Positions 44,209 to 54,551 of a stretch of 64,000 nt of DNA are shown piece after piece; within the stretch, counting starts at the first letter, position 1; the number at the start of each line of letters is the position of its first letter. The position numbers were made by a program, and so were the translations under genes. The notes beneath the pieces were generated by a model. The model saw only the letters and a program-made list of their open reading frames with translations. It was not told where the DNA came from and did not search any database. The stretch comes from an uncultured Alphaproteobacteria bacterium (GTDB lineage Bacteria > Pseudomonadota > Alphaproteobacteria > Rs-D84). The stretch is taken from positions 152,184 through 216,183 of the forward strand of contig CAMORN010000002.1 in NCBI GenBank assembly GCA_946623825.1, in the 5' to 3' direction.

Positions 44209-45495
44209 ATGCAGGCTATATTAAAACAAGAATGTGTAAATATAGAATCAGTAAAGCAAGCATTGTCTCAGAAAATAGATTCTGCTGGATTTACTGCCTG
44301 GATTGCGCCCCTGCAGTTTGAAATCGTAGATAATTGTTTGAATGTTATTGCACACAACCAATTTGCCGCCGACTATGTTCAAAGGGTTTATGAAAAAGCT
44401 CTCAAAGATGTAGCGGCGGATTTTCGTTTAGATTTAAATATTTTTGTTCGTAAAAATACTATGGTTGCTGTGCCTGTTAATTCTGCAAATGATAATGTTG
44501 TTTGCAAATATGAACCAGAACAAACTGTTAAAACAAACAAAGAAAACACTTTTGATAAATTTATTACAAGTGATGAAAATATGTTTGCGTTGGCTGCATG
44601 CAAAAAAATCGCGATGGGTAATTCTTCTTTTTCACAATTGTTCATATATGGTCCTGCTGGTTGTGGCAAATCTATGTTGGCAAATGCAATTTGTGCCGAA
44701 TCAGACAAAAATGTTTTGATGATGAGTGGCGGTCAATTTGTTGCAGATTTCGCACGTGCTTTGCGTGATCATACAATTTTTTCTTTCAAAGATTATTGTC
44801 GTGATTGTGATACATTTATTTTAGATGATATTTGTGCTTTATCTGGCAAACGTGCAACCACAGAAGAATTTATGCAATTGATTTTAGATTTACGTGAAGC
44901 TGGTAAAAATATTGTTTTAACATCTAGCGTCGCACCAAACGCATTGACCGGATTTGATCGTCGTATGCAATCTGTATTTGGTTCTGGATTGGTTGTTGAT
45001 GTTGCTGCACCAAATGCTTTTGTCCGTCGCAATATGTTGTTGAAATCTGGTGTTGACAGAGATGTCGCAGAAGAATTATCAAAATCTTTGTCTGGTGATG
45101 GACATTTGGTAAACGGTGTTATCAGCAAAATCAAAACATACGAAGAATTGATGGGCAGTCATGTTGATATGGAAACAGCATCTCGTTTGTTGGGCGATGT
45201 ATTTTCAAAAAATAAAACACCATTATCAATGGTAAAATCTATGTGTGAAAAAATGGGCGTGTCTTATGATGAAGTGTGTGGAAATTCTCGTGCAAGAAGA
45301 TTGACACGTGCGCGTCAAATGATGATGTATGTTTTGAAAAATTCAACAAATTTATCTTTGACTGAAATTGGTACTGTTTGTGGTGGTCGTGATCATGCAA
45401 CGGTTGTTTACGCAATCAGTCAAATTGAAAACCAGAAATCTTCAGATTTAATGTTGGTTGCAGAAATTGCAGAAATGGAAAAAATTTGTAAATAA
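44209..45495 (+). CDS. dnaA: Chromosomal replication initiator DnaA
   Basis: AAA+ Walker A GPAGCGKSMLANAI, Walker B FILDDI, and domain IV RARQMMMYVLKNSTNLSLTEIG..GGRDHATVVYA. Confidence 0.9.
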   Translation: MQAILKQECVNIESVKQALSQKIDSAGFTAWIAPLQFEIVDNCLNVIAHNQFAADYVQRVYEKALKDVAADFRLDLNIFVRKNTMVAVPVNSANDNVVCKYEPEQTVKTNKENTFDKFITSDENMFALAACKKIAMGNSSFSQLFIYGPAGCGKSMLANAICAESDKNVLMMSGGQFVADFARALRDHTIFSFKDYCRDCDTFILDDICALSGKRATTEEFMQLILDLREAGKNIVLTSSVAPNALTGFDRRMQSVFGSGLVVDVAAPNAFVRRNMLLKSGVDRDVAEELSKSLSGDGHLVNGVISKIKTYEELMGSHVDMETASRLLGDVFSKNKTPLSMVKSMCEKMGVSYDEVCGNSRARRLTRARQMMMYVLKNSTNLSLTEIGTVCGGRDHATVVYAISQIENQKSSDLMLVAEIAEMEKICK

Positions 45496-45529
45496 AGTTT
45501 TGTTCTTTGGAACAGAAAGAGGAGAAAGA

Positions 45530-45561
45530 AAAACACCTGTCCTTGCAACAGGTGTTTTTTC
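45530..45561. terminator. Bidirectional terminator between dnaA and dnaJ
   Basis: acacctgt-ccttgca-acaggtgt hairpin with an A-run and a T-run. Confidence 0.75.
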
Positions 45562-45566
45562 GTTAT

Positions 45567-46694
45567 TTAAAACCATCCTTTTTTGTCAGATTTTATTCCA
45601 GCAAATTCAGATAGCGCCTTTTTTTGTTTTTCGGTTAATTTCTTTGGAATGACAATTCCGATTTCCAGATATAAATCACCAAATCCACCGCGTCCATTTG
45701 GCATACCGTGTCCGCGAACACGCAATTTTTCACCAACTTGGGTTCCAGATGGGATTTTTACAGATAATTTTTTATCGTCCAGTGTATCTATTTCAATTTC
45801 GCCACCCAATGCAAGTGTTGCGAAATCGATGTCTTTATGCATCAATAAATCATTACCGATTCGTTGAAATGTTTTGTCTGGTCTGATTCTGATGTCCAAA
45901 TAGAAATCACCAGCACGACCACCGTTACGAGCGGCTTCACCCATACCAGTCATACGCAATCTGGCACCGTCTTGAATACCAGCCGGTATTTTAACATCTA
46001 ATGTTCTTTGTTTGTTTATAGTGCCAGTTCCGTCACATTGGGAACATTTTTTATCAATCTTTTTACCCAATCCATTACAATCAGGGCAAGGTGTTTCAAC
46101 CGCAAAAAATCCCTGACGTGTGTGAACATATCCAGACCCGCCACATGTAGAACAGGTTTTAGCAGGTTTTCCGTCCGCTGTTCCGTGTCCGTCGCATTTA
46201 TCACATTTTACTGCGCTGGTAAATTTAACAGTATGTGTTTTTCCGAAATAAGCATCTTTCAGGTCTATGACGACTTCGTCTAATAAATCACGACCAGATT
46301 GCGGAGTGTTTTCTCTCGCACCACCAAAACCAGCACCGCCAAAACCAAAACCACGCATGGCTTCGCGTAAGATGTCTTCCATTCCGCCCATGTCGCCACC
46401 ACCCATGTTGAAATGGAAAGAACCGTTGCCAAATGGGTTTCCACCAAAACCAGCGCCGGCGCCATTACCACCCGCAAAGGCAGCGTCGCCATATCGGTCA
46501 TATGCCGCGCGTTTTTGTGGGTCTTTTAATATGTCAAAGGCATTGTTTACCTCTTTAAATTTTTCTTCTGCAGATTTATCGCCCGGATTTTTATCAGGAT
46601 GGTATTTCATAACCAATTTATGATATGCCTTTTTTATATCTGTGTCAGACGCGTCTTTCGAGACACCTAAAACTTCATAAGGATTTTTGTTCAT
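45567..46694 (-). CDS. dnaJ: Molecular chaperone DnaJ
   Basis: J domain with YHPDKNP, a G/F-rich region and four CxxCxGxG repeats ([32 protein letters not shown]). Confidence 0.9.
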   Translation of the reverse strand: MNKNPYEVLGVSKDASDTDIKKAYHKLVMKYHPDKNPGDKSAEEKFKEVNNAFDILKDPQKRAAYDRYGDAAFAGGNGAGAGFGGNPFGNGSFHFNMGGGDMGGMEDILREAMRGFGFGGAGFGGARENTPQSGRDLLDEVVIDLKDAYFGKTHTVKFTSAVKCDKCDGHGTADGKPAKTCSTCGGSGYVHTRQGFFAVETPCPDCNGLGKKIDKKCSQCDGTGTINKQRTLDVKIPAGIQDGARLRMTGMGEAARNGGRAGDFYLDIRIRPDKTFQRIGNDLLMHKDIDFATLALGGEIEIDTLDDKKLSVKIPSGTQVGEKLRVRGHGMPNGRGGFGDLYLEIGIVIPKKLTEKQKKALSEFAGIKSDKKGWF

Positions 46695-46863
46695 TTTTCT
46701 TTATCCATTATTTTCTATCATGTAAATATATAGATATATTGTAGGAAAATTCAAGAGATAAAATATAGTATTTTTTGTGTTTTTTTCGGGATTTTATGAA
46801 TAGTTTCACTTGCGAAAACCAAGAAAATGTAGTAATAATAGCTTGATAAAAAAGTGAGAAATT

Positions 46864-48828
46864 ATGAATAAATATGATGCATCAGATATTCAAGTACTTG
46901 AAGGATTAGAACCTGTTCGTCTGCGTCCGGGGATGTATATTGGCGGTACAGATGAAAAGGCGTGGCACCATTTGCCAATCGAAATTATGGATAATTCTAT
47001 TGACGAAGCGGTTGCTGGGTTTGCAAAAAAGATAGTTGTGAATTTAATAGATTCCAAGACAATTGAAATTACCGATGATGGTCGTGGTATTCCGGTTGAC
47101 GAACATCCAAAATATCCTGGGAAATCTGCATTGGAAGTTATTTTAACTACTTTGCATTCTGGCGGAAAATTCAATAATAATGTTTATAAAACCAGTGGTG
47201 GTTTACATGGTGTGGGCAGTGCGGTTGTAAATGCTTTGTCTTCCAATATGGATGTTGTTATTTCAAGAGATGGATTTGAATGGCATCAAACATTTTCACG
47301 CGGTAAAACAACATCTCCGATAACCAAGGGAAATGCGACTAAGGCACACGGAACAAAAATTAAATTCACATTAGATGATGAAATTTTTGGTGAAAATGCT
47401 GTGTTTAAACCTGTAAAGATTTACCGTATGGCGCGTGCAAAATCTTTCTTGTCGCGTGGGGTAAAAATTGAATGGCATTGTAACCCAAGTTTATTAACAG
47501 AAGATATGAATATTCCGGCGGACAAGGTTTTCTTTTATCCAAACGGGGTCGCTGATTTCGTTGCAGAAAAAACAGATTCTAAACCACGTATCTTGCCAAA
47601 AATATTCAGTGGTGCTATAGATTTTCCAGATGATTCTGGTCGTGTTGAATGGGCATTGACTGTGTTAACCGATGAAAATGGCGCTGCGTCTGATGATGGC
47701 TTCTTTGCATCTTATTGTAATACAATTGCAACAATTGATGGTGGTACACATGAAAATGGGTTCAAGGCTGCTATTACCAAGGGATTAAAGGCTTACGGTG
47801 AAAAAATAAACAATAAAGCATCTGCCTCTATCATCAGTGAAGATGTTTTTGATTCTGTTGCCGCGATTGTTTCTGTTTTTTATAAGACACCACAATTTTT
47901 AGGTCAGACAAAAGAAAAATTGTCTAATCCTGAAATTGCGAGATATACGGAAAATGCTTTGCGTGACCCATGGGAAATGTTTTTAGCATCTGATCCAAAA
48001 ACTGCAAATGCTTTACTAGATTTTGTTATAAATCTGGCAAATGCGCGTATCAAGACAAAGCAAGTTAAAGATGTTGCGCGTAAAACACCAACCAAAAGAA
48101 TTCGTATGCCTGCAAAATTGGCAGATTGTTCAAAGCATGGTATAGAAGGAACAGAATTATTTATTGTTGAGGGTGAATCTGCGGGTGGTACTGCAAAGCA
48201 GGCGAGGGATCGTGCAACACAAGCGATTATGCCATTACGAGGCAAGGTATTAAATGTATTATCAAATTCAGATGAACGTTTCAGTGCGAATCGTGAATTG
48301 AATGATTTGATTGATATTATTGGCGCAGGCACAGCTAAAGATTGGGACGATTCTAAATTAAGATATGAAAAAATTATCGTTATGACTGATGCTGATGTTG
48401 ACGGCAGTCATATTGCATCTTTGCTTATGGCGTTCTTTTATCAATATATGCCACAATTGATTTATGGGGGGCATTTGTATTTGTCTTGTCCGCCACTTTA
48501 TAAATTAACCTGTGGTACAGAATCAATTTATGTTGATACCGATGAAGAATTGGAAGAATTGAAAAATACAAAATACAAAAACAAGAAAATTGAAATATCT
48601 AGATTCAAAGGGTTAGGGGAAATGATGCCGAATCAATTAAAGGAAACAACAATGTCCCCGAAATCACGCAGATTGATTCGTGTTGATTTGCCACCAAAGA
48701 CAGAAGAAGGACAAGAAGACACAGAAAAAACAAAAACACTTGTTTATGATTTGATGGGTAAAAAACCTGAATTCAGATTCAAGTTTATTACAGAACACGC
48801 ACAATTTGTAAAAGATTTATTTGTGTAA
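46864..48828 (+). CDS. parE: DNA topoisomerase IV subunit B (type IIA B subunit, 654 aa)
   Basis: GHKL (LEGLEPVRLRPGMYIGGT, GLHGVGSAVVNALS) and Toprim (LFIVEGESAGGTAKQARDR, IVMTDADVDGSHI) motifs. The length fits ParE rather than a long GyrB. Confidence 0.7.
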   Translation: MNKYDASDIQVLEGLEPVRLRPGMYIGGTDEKAWHHLPIEIMDNSIDEAVAGFAKKIVVNLIDSKTIEITDDGRGIPVDEHPKYPGKSALEVILTTLHSGGKFNNNVYKTSGGLHGVGSAVVNALSSNMDVVISRDGFEWHQTFSRGKTTSPITKGNATKAHGTKIKFTLDDEIFGENAVFKPVKIYRMARAKSFLSRGVKIEWHCNPSLLTEDMNIPADKVFFYPNGVADFVAEKTDSKPRILPKIFSGAIDFPDDSGRVEWALTVLTDENGAASDDGFFASYCNTIATIDGGTHENGFKAAITKGLKAYGEKINNKASASIISEDVFDSVAAIVSVFYKTPQFLGQTKEKLSNPEIARYTENALRDPWEMFLASDPKTANALLDFVINLANARIKTKQVKDVARKTPTKRIRMPAKLADCSKHGIEGTELFIVEGESAGGTAKQARDRATQAIMPLRGKVLNVLSNSDERFSANRELNDLIDIIGAGTAKDWDDSKLRYEKIIVMTDADVDGSHIASLLMAFFYQYMPQLIYGGHLYLSCPPLYKLTCGTESIYVDTDEELEELKNTKYKNKKIEISRFKGLGEMMPNQLKETTMSPKSRRLIRVDLPPKTEEGQEDTEKTKTLVYDLMGKKPEFRFKFITEHAQFVKDLFV

Positions 48829-48860
48829 ATTTTGTATGTGTCAAAAATAATAAACAAAAG

Positions 48861-48887
48861 AAAATCCGCCGTATAGGCGGATTTTTT
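48861..48887. terminator. Bidirectional terminator between parE and pgsA
   Basis: aaaatccgcc-gtata-ggcggatttt hairpin. Confidence 0.75.
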
Positions 48888-48901
48888 GATTCATAAATTT
48901 C

Positions 48902-49498
48902 TTATTTTATTTTCTTTAATTTTTGTGCAAATGTAAATGTGTATTGTGTTGCGGACCACAAAGAACAAACAAGTGCAAAATACAAAAAGAATATAGCGAT
49001 ATTTGGTAATTGATAAAACAAATAAAATACGAATCTGTTTTCTGTATAAGGTAACATAGATGTAATTGCAGCAAATAATAAAAATGCTGTTATTGAAATC
49101 ATTTGAACTGTTGTTTTAATTTTTCCCATTGAAAAACGTGCCTTTGGAACAGGCATTTCAATTTTTTGTGTACCCAAGAATTCACGCAGACCACTGATGT
49201 ATAATTCGCGTGCAATCATAATAATAACAGGGATAACGATTATTGGGGTAGGCATCATGAGTGTTAATAAGATAAGTGTATTACAAACTAATAATTTATC
49301 ACCAATATGATCTAACACACCACCAATTTTAGAACAGCAATTATATTTGCGTGCCAGATACCCATCAAACCAATCTGATATTGCGCCCAATACAAATAAT
49401 ATCAAAGTTGTCCATGGTAATTTAAACATAATTGTTGGAATTATCGCAAAAGCAGCGGTAATACGAAAAATAGATAAAAAGTTAACAAATGCTTTCAT
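48902..49498 (-). CDS. pgsA: CDP-diacylglycerol--glycerol-3-phosphate 3-phosphatidyltransferase
   Basis: CDP-alcohol phosphatidyltransferase motif DWFDGYLARK..GGVLDHIGDKLL. Lies downstream of uvrC. Confidence 0.8.
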   Translation of the reverse strand: MKAFVNFLSIFRITAAFAIIPTIMFKLPWTTLILFVLGAISDWFDGYLARKYNCCSKIGGVLDHIGDKLLVCNTLILLTLMMPTPIIVIPVIIMIARELYISGLREFLGTQKIEMPVPKARFSMGKIKTTVQMISITAFLLFAAITSMLPYTENRFVFYLFYQLPNIAIFFLYFALVCSLWSATQYTFTFAQKLKKIK

Positions 49499-49528
49499 AA
49501 TTATTTCTCCTTTGTAAGCACGAATATA

Positions 49529-50956
49529 TTATAACACTTCTGAATGGAAATATGCATATATTTTTTCAGCAGCACTTTTTCCTAAATCTGGGACACGCAT
49601 CAAAGATTTTATATCTGCGTCCATAATGGCGTGAACAGAACCAAAATGTTGTAATAATTGTTTTTTGCGTTTTGGTCCAATACCTTCGATAGAATCAAGA
49701 ACTGAAGCAGTCATCTGTTTCGCACGAACAGAACGGTGGTATGTTATTACGAATCGGTGTGCTTCATCTCTGACGGCGCGTAATAATAAAAACAGCGGAC
49801 TGTCTTTAGGTAATTCTGTATTCACAGAACCGTCCAACATTATGAAATGTTCGTCTCCATTTCTGACTTCACCTTTTGTTACGCCAAGAATAGGAATACG
49901 ACCATTTGAAACCTTTTGTGCGATGTTCCATTGTGCTGGTCCGCCATCAACAATTATTAAATCGAGTTTTGGTCCGTCTTTTATTGCACGGTCAACAAAT
50001 TCTTCCATCATGGCAATATCATTTCCTGCACGTTTCATATCACGTAATTTGAAATGTCTGTATGCAGATTTTACGAACCCGTCATGACCGAAAGCAATCA
50101 TTGCACCAACAGGATTTTTACCAAATAAATGAGAATTATCAAATACACCAACGCATTCAACTTTTATGCCTAACCAATTTTCTAAATCAGTAACATTTTT
50201 ATCCCAATTTATATTTGGTGTATACGACGGATTCTGTCGTATAGAGCGATTTGTTGTTGTATTTAATGCGGATATTTTATCACGCATAAGTGCCGCGTTT
50301 TCATAATCCATTTTTTCTGAAAATTCTTTCATTTTTTCAGTTAAATCTTTTATCACAGGTTCGCTGTCACCAGTTAAAATTTTTCGTGCCAATTGAACAT
50401 TTTGTGCATAGTTTTTTTGGGGTAAACAACATGGTGCAGAACACCTGCCAATTTGATAAAGCAGACACGGGCGCGCTCTGTTTTTCATATATGTATCATT
50501 ACATGTTCTTAATTGGCATACACGTTGAATAGTTTTTATTGTATCGTTTAAAGCATAAACAGAAGGATATGGTCCAAAAACATCTTTTCTTTGTGAAATT
50601 TTTCCGCGGAATTTTAACAGACGTGGAAATTCGTGTTGTGTCAATGCCAGCATTGGATACATTTTTCCGTCTGTCAACATAACATTATATTTTGGTTTTA
50701 ATGTTTTTATATATTTTTGTTCCAATATCAAAGCATCTGCTTCGGTTCTGGTGATTTCCCATTCAACCTTTTTTACCAATGAACGCATAACTTGTTTATG
50801 GTTTTCAAGTTTTGATATGTCGATATATTGTCTTAAACGGTTCAACAGATTTTTTGCTTTTCCAACATAAAGCAGGTTGCCCGCGTCATCATACATTTTG
50901 TAGATTCCAGGGGACAAAGGTGCGTTTTCTATTAAATCTCTAAATTGAATCTTCAT
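49529..50956 (-). CDS. uvrC: Excinuclease ABC subunit C (compact, 475 aa)
   Basis: GIY-YIG domain (GIYKMYDDAGNLLYVGKAKNLLNRLRQY) begins at the internal ATG 50956. UvrB-interacting and endonuclease regions are present, with a C-terminal HhH (IEGIGPKRKKQLLQHFGS). Confidence 0.85.
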   Translation of the reverse strand: MKIQFRDLIENAPLSPGIYKMYDDAGNLLYVGKAKNLLNRLRQYIDISKLENHKQVMRSLVKKVEWEITRTEADALILEQKYIKTLKPKYNVMLTDGKMYPMLALTQHEFPRLLKFRGKISQRKDVFGPYPSVYALNDTIKTIQRVCQLRTCNDTYMKNRARPCLLYQIGRCSAPCCLPQKNYAQNVQLARKILTGDSEPVIKDLTEKMKEFSEKMDYENAALMRDKISALNTTTNRSIRQNPSYTPNINWDKNVTDLENWLGIKVECVGVFDNSHLFGKNPVGAMIAFGHDGFVKSAYRHFKLRDMKRAGNDIAMMEEFVDRAIKDGPKLDLIIVDGGPAQWNIAQKVSNGRIPILGVTKGEVRNGDEHFIMLDGSVNTELPKDSPLFLLLRAVRDEAHRFVITYHRSVRAKQMTASVLDSIEGIGPKRKKQLLQHFGSVHAIMDADIKSLMRVPDLGKSAAEKIYAYFHSEVL

Positions 50957-51005
50957 AACAAATATGATATTATAATATTTAGAAAAATCAAATAGAGGTG
51001 TTATT

Positions 51006-51467
51006 ATGAGACAAGAATCAGGTCGTTCAATGATAGAAATGGTCGGTGTGTTGGCCATTATGGGGATTATTACGGCGGGTGCGTTCGTATTGATTTCTAC
51101 CGCTATAAACACACAAAAACGCAGTCGTGTTACAGACGATGTTACAGCGATTGTGTCTGGTGTGCGTACGGTGTTGGGGGAATATGACGATTTCTCGAAT
51201 TTAGATAATTCAACAATATTTGGCGTATTAGCAATGAGTAACAAAAATCCATATGGCGGGACATACGAATTGTCTGTTGATAATGCAAATCCACGTCAAT
51301 TTGTGGTTTCTATAAATGGTTTAACAAAATCTGATTGTCAGGGTTTGATTACCAAGGCATGGACAGATTCTGTTGGATATAACACATCAAATCACAAAGA
51401 AAGTGGCGCAACTGGTAATTGTTCAGATTCTGGCAATAATGTTGTGTCTATTACATACGGCGAATAA
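51006..51467 (+). CDS. Type IV pilin / pseudopilin-like protein with an atypical +1 residue
   Basis: Class III signal MRQESG|RSMIEMVGVLAIMGIITAGAFVLI with Glu at +5 and Arg at +1. C-terminal Cys pair (SDCQ...GNCSD). SD agagg. Confidence 0.65.
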   Translation: MRQESGRSMIEMVGVLAIMGIITAGAFVLISTAINTQKRSRVTDDVTAIVSGVRTVLGEYDDFSNLDNSTIFGVLAMSNKNPYGGTYELSVDNANPRQFVVSINGLTKSDCQGLITKAWTDSVGYNTSNHKESGATGNCSDSGNNVVSITYGE

Positions 51468-51470
51468 TTT

Positions 51471-52433
51471 ATGGCGGAATTTATCAAAATATCTTCTGTT
51501 GAATCTGGTACACGTTTATTGCGTTGGTTTATAAGACATTATCCAGGTATGTTGCAACGTGATTTTTATAAACTGTGTCGTGGTGGACAGATAAGAATAA
51601 ATTCTTCAAGATGCAAGGGCACAGAAATCTTGCGTGATGGCGATATGATTCGTGTGCCACCAACTTTGCAATCTTATCAAAAAGTGAACAAAACAGAGAC
51701 TGGTGAAAAATATTCTCTTTCAGATTTAGAAGAACTGAGAAAGTGTATTGTTCATAATGACAATGATATTGTCGTTTTTAATAAACCTGCTGGATTGGCT
51801 GTGCAGGGTGGAACGGGAATAAAAAAATCTGTTGATAAAATGGCAGCGGCTTTATTTCCGTATGATAAAATTTCGTTGGTTCACAGACTTGATCGCGAAA
51901 CAAGTGGGTTGTTAGTTGTTGCAAAAAATCAAAAATCTGCACAAATTTTATCAAACCAATTTCAAAACAAAACAGCATATAAAGAATATTTGGCATTATT
52001 GCACGGAACAGTTGCAGAAAAAAATGGTACAATTGATAATTATGTGGCCAAGGGACGTGTTTTTGATGATTCTGCAAAAATACCAACCGGTGTTCAGGCA
52101 CAACGTGCAATTACAGAATATAAAGTATTGGGTGAAGCGTCTGGTTTGCTGACTTGGATATTATTTAAACCAAAAACTGGCCGAACCCATCAATTGAGAT
52201 TACACAGTGCATATTCATTAAATGCACCAATTGTGGGTGATGATTTATATGGTATAACACGCGACAAATTAGACGATGTTTTTGGATCTGTTTTGACAAC
52301 AAAAAAATTATTTTTGTTTGCGTATAAAATAACATTTGTTCATCCTTCAACTGGGAAAAAGTTCGCTTTACGTGCAGATGTTCCTGAATTTATGCAATCT
52401 GTGATAAAATTTTTAGAATTCAGTTTACCATAA
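51471..52433 (+). CDS. rluC: RluA/RluC-family pseudouridine synthase
   Basis: S4-like N-terminus, catalytic HRLDRETSGLLVVAK and GRTHQLRLH motifs. Confidence 0.8.
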   Translation: MAEFIKISSVESGTRLLRWFIRHYPGMLQRDFYKLCRGGQIRINSSRCKGTEILRDGDMIRVPPTLQSYQKVNKTETGEKYSLSDLEELRKCIVHNDNDIVVFNKPAGLAVQGGTGIKKSVDKMAAALFPYDKISLVHRLDRETSGLLVVAKNQKSAQILSNQFQNKTAYKEYLALLHGTVAEKNGTIDNYVAKGRVFDDSAKIPTGVQAQRAITEYKVLGEASGLLTWILFKPKTGRTHQLRLHSAYSLNAPIVGDDLYGITRDKLDDVFGSVLTTKKLFLFAYKITFVHPSTGKKFALRADVPEFMQSVIKFLEFSLP

Positions 52434-52442
52434 GGTGGAAAT

Positions 52443-54548
52443 ATGTTTTTTTATGCTTTTTATAGACGTCATCTTTGGTTATTACGTGGAATATTCCTTT
52501 CACTGATGGGATTGTTTGTTGCCATAATAATTACATTGCAACAGATGAATCTTGAAAGCTTGCGCGGAAACATTTTACAAATGTTGCGCGAATCAACAAA
52601 CATGAATATTGAAATAGATGGCAAAATTTCATGGAAATTTTCTTTGCGTCCAGAAATAGAATTAAATTCTGTCAGAATTCCAAATGCGGAATGGGCGAAA
52701 GAGAAAAATTTGTTTTATGCGAAAAAAATTGGTGTTCGTATGGATTTGTTTTCTTTGTTCAAGAAACGACCAGTTATAAGAAATATTACGGTTTATAATG
52801 CAAAAATAAATCTTGAAAAAAATGATAAAAACGAAGATTCAATCGTGTTTAATAAAAAAACACAAACAACAGGGGATTTGCCGTATACAGAAAAAATAGA
52901 ACAAAAAACAGAACAAGAAAAATATCCGGTTCAACCGTTGCCTTTTGGTGGGCTTGCGATACAAAATATAAACGCAAATATATATGGTAAACAATATGTG
53001 TTAAACAGTTTTGGAATTCATAATTATATGCGAAACGAAAATGTAGAATACAGTGGTTGGGTTAAACCGTATGATGATAATTTCCCATTTGTTATAAAGT
53101 TTTCAGAATATAACAGCGAAAGAAAAGTTTATCCTGTACAAATTGCTTTCGCTACAGGCGGTCAAGCGTTAATAGCTGATATTGCATTGGAAGGAAAAAG
53201 CAAATTGCCAATAGATTTCGTTGTTCGTGGCGAAATTCCAAATATCAAGGCTTCTGGTGATTGGTTTAATGTTAATATTATAGATTTACCTGTTATCAAG
53301 GTTAATATTGCTGGTGGTATTGGAAATAAAAAGATTACATTAAGAAAATCTTCTATAAGTATTGCCAATTCAGATTTAAGTTTTTCTGGCGTTTATGATT
53401 GGTCAAAACAACAACCAAAGATAGAAGCAAAAATAACATCTAATCATATTGATATATATAAATCGTTTCCTGAATGGTATGGTGTTGGACAAGAATGGGT
53501 TCATCCAAATCGTGAATTAAATGTTTTTAAAGATATGCCTTTGTTGGGTGAATATTTGTATGATATAGATGCAGATTTAGATATCCATCTTAAAAAATTT
53601 GTTGTTTATCATTCGCTTGATTTAGAAAATTTAGATGTAAAAGCAACAATAAAAGATCATAAAGTTCGTGCAGATGTTTTCACAAATATTGCATCGGGCA
53701 AGGTTGATGCTGTTATAACCGCAGATATAAATCAAGAAGGTGTCTATACGGCGGTTGGTGCGGCACATGGCGAAAATATATATGTTGGTGATATATTGAA
53801 AGAGATAGATGTTGATAACATTATTTCGGGGTTGCCGGTGAATCTTGATTTATATGTTATGGCACATGGAAAAAATATGTCACAAATAATGAAAACTATG
53901 ACGGGACCTGTAATTGTTTATTCTGTGGACAGGGGATATGCACACGCAGATTTGGTTGAATATATGTATGGTGGTGATTTCTTGACTTCGTTGCGTCATA
54001 ATGTGGAAGATTTGTTTACGGGTAATAAACGCGATATGATTGAAATCAAGGGTGCGGTTGTAAATGTAAAATTGAGAAATGGTTTAATAGAAACACAAAA
54101 CGGTGTTGCGGTTGAAAGCCATGTTATGAATTTACGTTTGGTTGGAACACTGGATTTAGGAAAAGAAACAATAAATTTATCTTTGGCAACTGTGCCGGTG
54201 CGTGGAATAAAATTATCGCTGTCTGGTAATTTGGTAAATGCATTACAAATTACAGGAAATCTTGCAGAACCAGATATAAAAATTTCTGGTCAAGCAATCG
54301 CGGGCAAGGTTGGTTCTGCTGTTGGATTGGGGCTGCTGTTGGCACCATTGACTGGTGGTTTAAGTATTGCTGCGGGTGCGGTGGCTGGTTTGATAGCAGG
54401 AGATTTGTTGGAAAGTTGGTTGGCTGATGAACATCCTTATAAAACAGCAAAAAATCAAGGTGCACACATAAAACGTGGTGATCCAGATTGGTTTAAACAA
54501 CCGATTCGTGTTTTGACTGCGCCGTTATTAGAAAATAAAAGGAGTTAA
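52443..54548 (+). CDS. asmA: AsmA-family outer-membrane assembly protein
   Basis: 701 aa with an N-terminal TM anchor, a long beta-rich body and a C-terminal Gly/Ala-rich amphipathic segment. Confidence 0.6.
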   Translation: MFFYAFYRRHLWLLRGIFLSLMGLFVAIIITLQQMNLESLRGNILQMLRESTNMNIEIDGKISWKFSLRPEIELNSVRIPNAEWAKEKNLFYAKKIGVRMDLFSLFKKRPVIRNITVYNAKINLEKNDKNEDSIVFNKKTQTTGDLPYTEKIEQKTEQEKYPVQPLPFGGLAIQNINANIYGKQYVLNSFGIHNYMRNENVEYSGWVKPYDDNFPFVIKFSEYNSERKVYPVQIAFATGGQALIADIALEGKSKLPIDFVVRGEIPNIKASGDWFNVNIIDLPVIKVNIAGGIGNKKITLRKSSISIANSDLSFSGVYDWSKQQPKIEAKITSNHIDIYKSFPEWYGVGQEWVHPNRELNVFKDMPLLGEYLYDIDADLDIHLKKFVVYHSLDLENLDVKATIKDHKVRADVFTNIASGKVDAVITADINQEGVYTAVGAAHGENIYVGDILKEIDVDNIISGLPVNLDLYVMAHGKNMSQIMKTMTGPVIVYSVDRGYAHADLVEYMYGGDFLTSLRHNVEDLFTGNKRDMIEIKGAVVNVKLRNGLIETQNGVAVESHVMNLRLVGTLDLGKETINLSLATVPVRGIKLSLSGNLVNALQITGNLAEPDIKISGQAIAGKVGSAVGLGLLLAPLTGGLSIAAGAVAGLIAGDLLESWLADEHPYKTAKNQGAHIKRGDPDWFKQPIRVLTAPLLENKRS

Positions 54549-54551
54549 GAA

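Noticed and set aside
46695-46863. Sigma-32 (RpoH) heat-shock promoter upstream of dnaJ.
   Set aside because: A CTTGAA -35-like element is present on the minus strand. However, the downstream -10 region (CTATATAT) does not fit the CCCCAT / CYTATNT consensus at the right spacing, so no call was made.
50957-51244. 96-codon N-terminal extension of the uvrC ORF given by the ORF track (571 aa).
   Set aside because: The extension is hydrophobic, low-complexity sequence antisense to the pilin-like gene. The GIY-YIG domain starts right at the internal Met (MKIQFRDL.., ATG at 50956). The shorter start removes the overlap.
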